Positions 62,608 to 64,000 of a stretch of DNA of 64,000 nt are shown here, piece after piece (position 1 is the first letter of the stretch; the number at the start of each line of letters is the position of its first letter). Both the position numbers and the translations under genes were made by a program. The notes under the pieces are model-generated. The model was not told where the DNA came from. It did not search any database and saw only the letters and a program-made list of their open reading frames with translations. This stretch comes from Pontiella sp. (GTDB taxonomy: Bacteria; Verrucomicrobiota; Kiritimatiellia; Kiritimatiellales; Pontiellaceae): the NCBI GenBank assembly GCA_050290185.1, contig JBNKHE010000004.1:210589-274588 (forward strand), in the 5' to 3' direction.

Positions 62608-63216
62608 ATGGAATCAGAAAACTACAATCCAACGCGGGTTACCCTGCTCGCCAAACTGAAAAAGACCGAGAACGACCAGGCGTGGCTCGAGTTCGAAACC
62701 ATCTACCGCGGCTTTATCCTCAGCCTGATCCTGCGCATGGGCATCAACTCCGAGGATGCCGAGGATATCAGCCAGGCGGTCCTGACCAAGGTATGGCAGA
62801 AGATCGAGGATTTCGAATACAACCAGAACAAAGGCAAATTCCACAACTGGCTCGCCGCCATGACCCGCAACACCGTCAAGGACTTCTTTCGGACCAAAAA
62901 GAATTTCATCACCGGCCGCGATTCGGTCGAATATCAGGAACAATACCTCGATATCGAGGAGCATGTGCTCCCCGGCATCGAAAACCTCGCGCGCGAAGAA
63001 TGGGTGCTTCACATCACCAATCTGGCGTGGGACAACATCAAAGATGGCATCTACGAAAGCAAACGCGAGGTGTTCAAACTCGTATCACAGGATGTCTCTA
63101 CCCGGGAAATTGCTGAAAAACTCGGTATTTCAGAGGCCAGCGTGCGTGTCTATAAGGCCGAGGTCTTTGAAAAAATGCGCACGGAGATCACCCGTCTCAA
63201 CCGGGAACTAGGCTAA
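62608..63216 (+). CDS. ECF-family RNA polymerase sigma factor
   Basis: Start MESENYNPTRVTLLAKLKK, 1 nt after the kinase stop. Region 2 (DAEDISQAVLTKVWQKI) and region 4 HTH (STREIAEKLGISEASVRVYKAEV). No anti-sigma gene follows. Confidence 0.85.
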   Translation: MESENYNPTRVTLLAKLKKTENDQAWLEFETIYRGFILSLILRMGINSEDAEDISQAVLTKVWQKIEDFEYNQNKGKFHNWLAAMTRNTVKDFFRTKKNFITGRDSVEYQEQYLDIEEHVLPGIENLAREEWVLHITNLAWDNIKDGIYESKREVFKLVSQDVSTREIAEKLGISEASVRVYKAEVFEKMRTEITRLNRELG

Positions 63217-63250
63217 AAATACGGATTTTATGAAAAAATCATAAAAAAAG

Positions 63251-63399
63251 TCCGGTTTCGGGTAACGATCCCCCCTGCACCCTCGAATTACTTAATGAAC
63301 CCAACAATTTCATAAGGCAAACGCAACGACTCAAGTGAACCCAAACCTGTTGCAGCCAATTACTCCGGCCCCGCCCTAACCCAGCGGGGCTTTTATTTT
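63251..63399 (+). ncRNA. candidate small RNA / conserved noncoding element, copy 2
   Basis: Paralogue of 60190..60344 in the same orientation. Terminator CCCCGCC-CTAACCC-AGCGGGG + CTTTTATTTT (63369..63399). Confidence 0.45.
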
Positions 63400-63450
63400 A
63401 TCTGAATCAATACTCATTATTTATCCCTAGGTTTTGGGGGATCAAAAGGG

Positions 63451-63478
63451 AAAGGCCCCGGCTTGCGCCGGGGCCTTT
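63451..63478 (-). terminator. intrinsic terminator for the convergent minus-strand gene
   Basis: AAAGGCCCCGGC-TTGC-GCCGGGGCCTTT. On the minus strand the stem is followed by CCCTTTTGAT. Lies 76 nt after the stop at 63554. Confidence 0.65.
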
Positions 63479-63553
63479 CGAGATACCGGACCCCTTGTTT
63501 TAGGAGGGAGGACCTGTTCCAAACAGTCCGGATTTTATTTGGGAGATTGATTT

Positions 63554-64000
63554 CTAGTTTCTGACCTCCACCTTGTAGAATCGGCAACCGTCGCTATTCG
63601 GGTCAACAATCACCATAGGATTGCCATCGCCCGGTTCATCGACGATTAGTTGCTGCCATGTCCCGCCGATTTCGGTGCAATAGTAGACCGTGTAGTAACG
63701 ACCTGCTACCGAATCAAAGACGATATCGCAACCACCTTCAGCAGACGGCTGGATGTCGGAGACATAGAAGTAGGAAGTCGGATCGGTGGCACTGGTGCCG
63801 GCAATCACTTCGTCTCCATCCGGACTGAGGTCACCATCGGTGTCGGAATTCGTTGGATCGTACCCGGCCATGAATTCCTGATAGCTCGTCAGTCCGTCTC
63901 CATCGGAATCCGTCTCGAAGGAAGTAAGCCCGTAATTAATAACGAAACTTTGCAGCGAAGCCGTCAGCGTTGTCCAGGTCTCCCTGGGATCCGTTCCATT
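63554..64000 (-). CDS. C-terminal part of a secreted protein with calcium-binding (thrombospondin type-3-like) D-x-D repeats and a '...FYKV' tail; 5' end outside window
   Basis: Frame stays open to the window edge (..TDSDGDGLTSYQEFMAGYDPTNSDTDGDLSPDGDE..). Tail GRYYTVYYCTEIGGTWQQL...CRFYKVEVRN. Confidence 0.65.
   Translation of the reverse strand, partial: NGTDPRETWTTLTASLQSFVINYGLTSFETDSDGDGLTSYQEFMAGYDPTNSDTDGDLSPDGDEVIAGTSATDPTSYFYVSDIQPSAEGGCDIVFDSVAGRYYTVYYCTEIGGTWQQLIVDEPGDGNPMVIVDPNSDGCRFYKVEVRN

Noticed and set aside
1-64000. tRNA, rRNA, tmRNA, riboswitch or T-box leaders (for example upstream of ilvB at 5144-5352, or in the long intergenic regions 11421-11661 and 17186-17724).
   Set aside because: I found no cloverleaf-compatible sequence (no GGTTCGAATCC-type T-arm), no rRNA-like conserved stretches and no recognisable riboswitch cores by eye. 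An Infernal/Rfam and tRNAscan run would be the decisive check.

Overview
This 64-kb chromosomal window falls into three parts. Gene content (PEP-CTERM protein, Ser/Thr-kinase/ECF-sigma pair, many glycoside hydrolases, '...FYRV'-type C-terminal domains) suggests a PVC-superphylum-like anaerobe, but that is inference only. (i) 1-32.6 kb is GC-rich housekeeping and metabolic DNA. It holds the glgB 3' end, ilvBN, rlmN, pntAA-AB-B next to an nfnAB-like pair, a glucuronoxylan utilisation cluster (GH115, GH10, GPH symporter, GH43, XylR/AraC regulator), coaX, nadC, and a 1264-aa DUF3857/transglutaminase protein. (ii) 32.65-48.08 kb is a visibly AT-richer island that I read as an integron-type gene-cassette array. 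It has 20 short, same-strand ORFs with 10-35-nt leaders, each followed by an attC-like imperfect palindrome (...AAC left end, GTT... right end, unpaired spacer, one extrahelical base). I count 20 full sites, one right-half site, one 28-nt boundary palindrome and some attC debris. No integrase ORF is present in any frame of the window, so it is CALIN-like. The attC sites are modular (about 90-nt and about 148-nt forms differing by a discrete 58-nt block), and the cargo is mostly secreted, lipoprotein or small membrane proteins. (iii) 48.1-64 kb is GC-rich core genes again: fetAB, nadK, S8 protease, CDF transporter, a 1133-aa repeat lipoprotein, pyrK-pyrD, and a Ser/Thr kinase plus ECF sigma operon. 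That operon is bracketed by two direct copies of a ~150-nt noncoding element with an ECF-like promoter motif and an intrinsic terminator. I saw no rRNA, tRNA or CRISPR. All coordinates were anchored on the ORF track; attC edges may be off by 1-2 nt.
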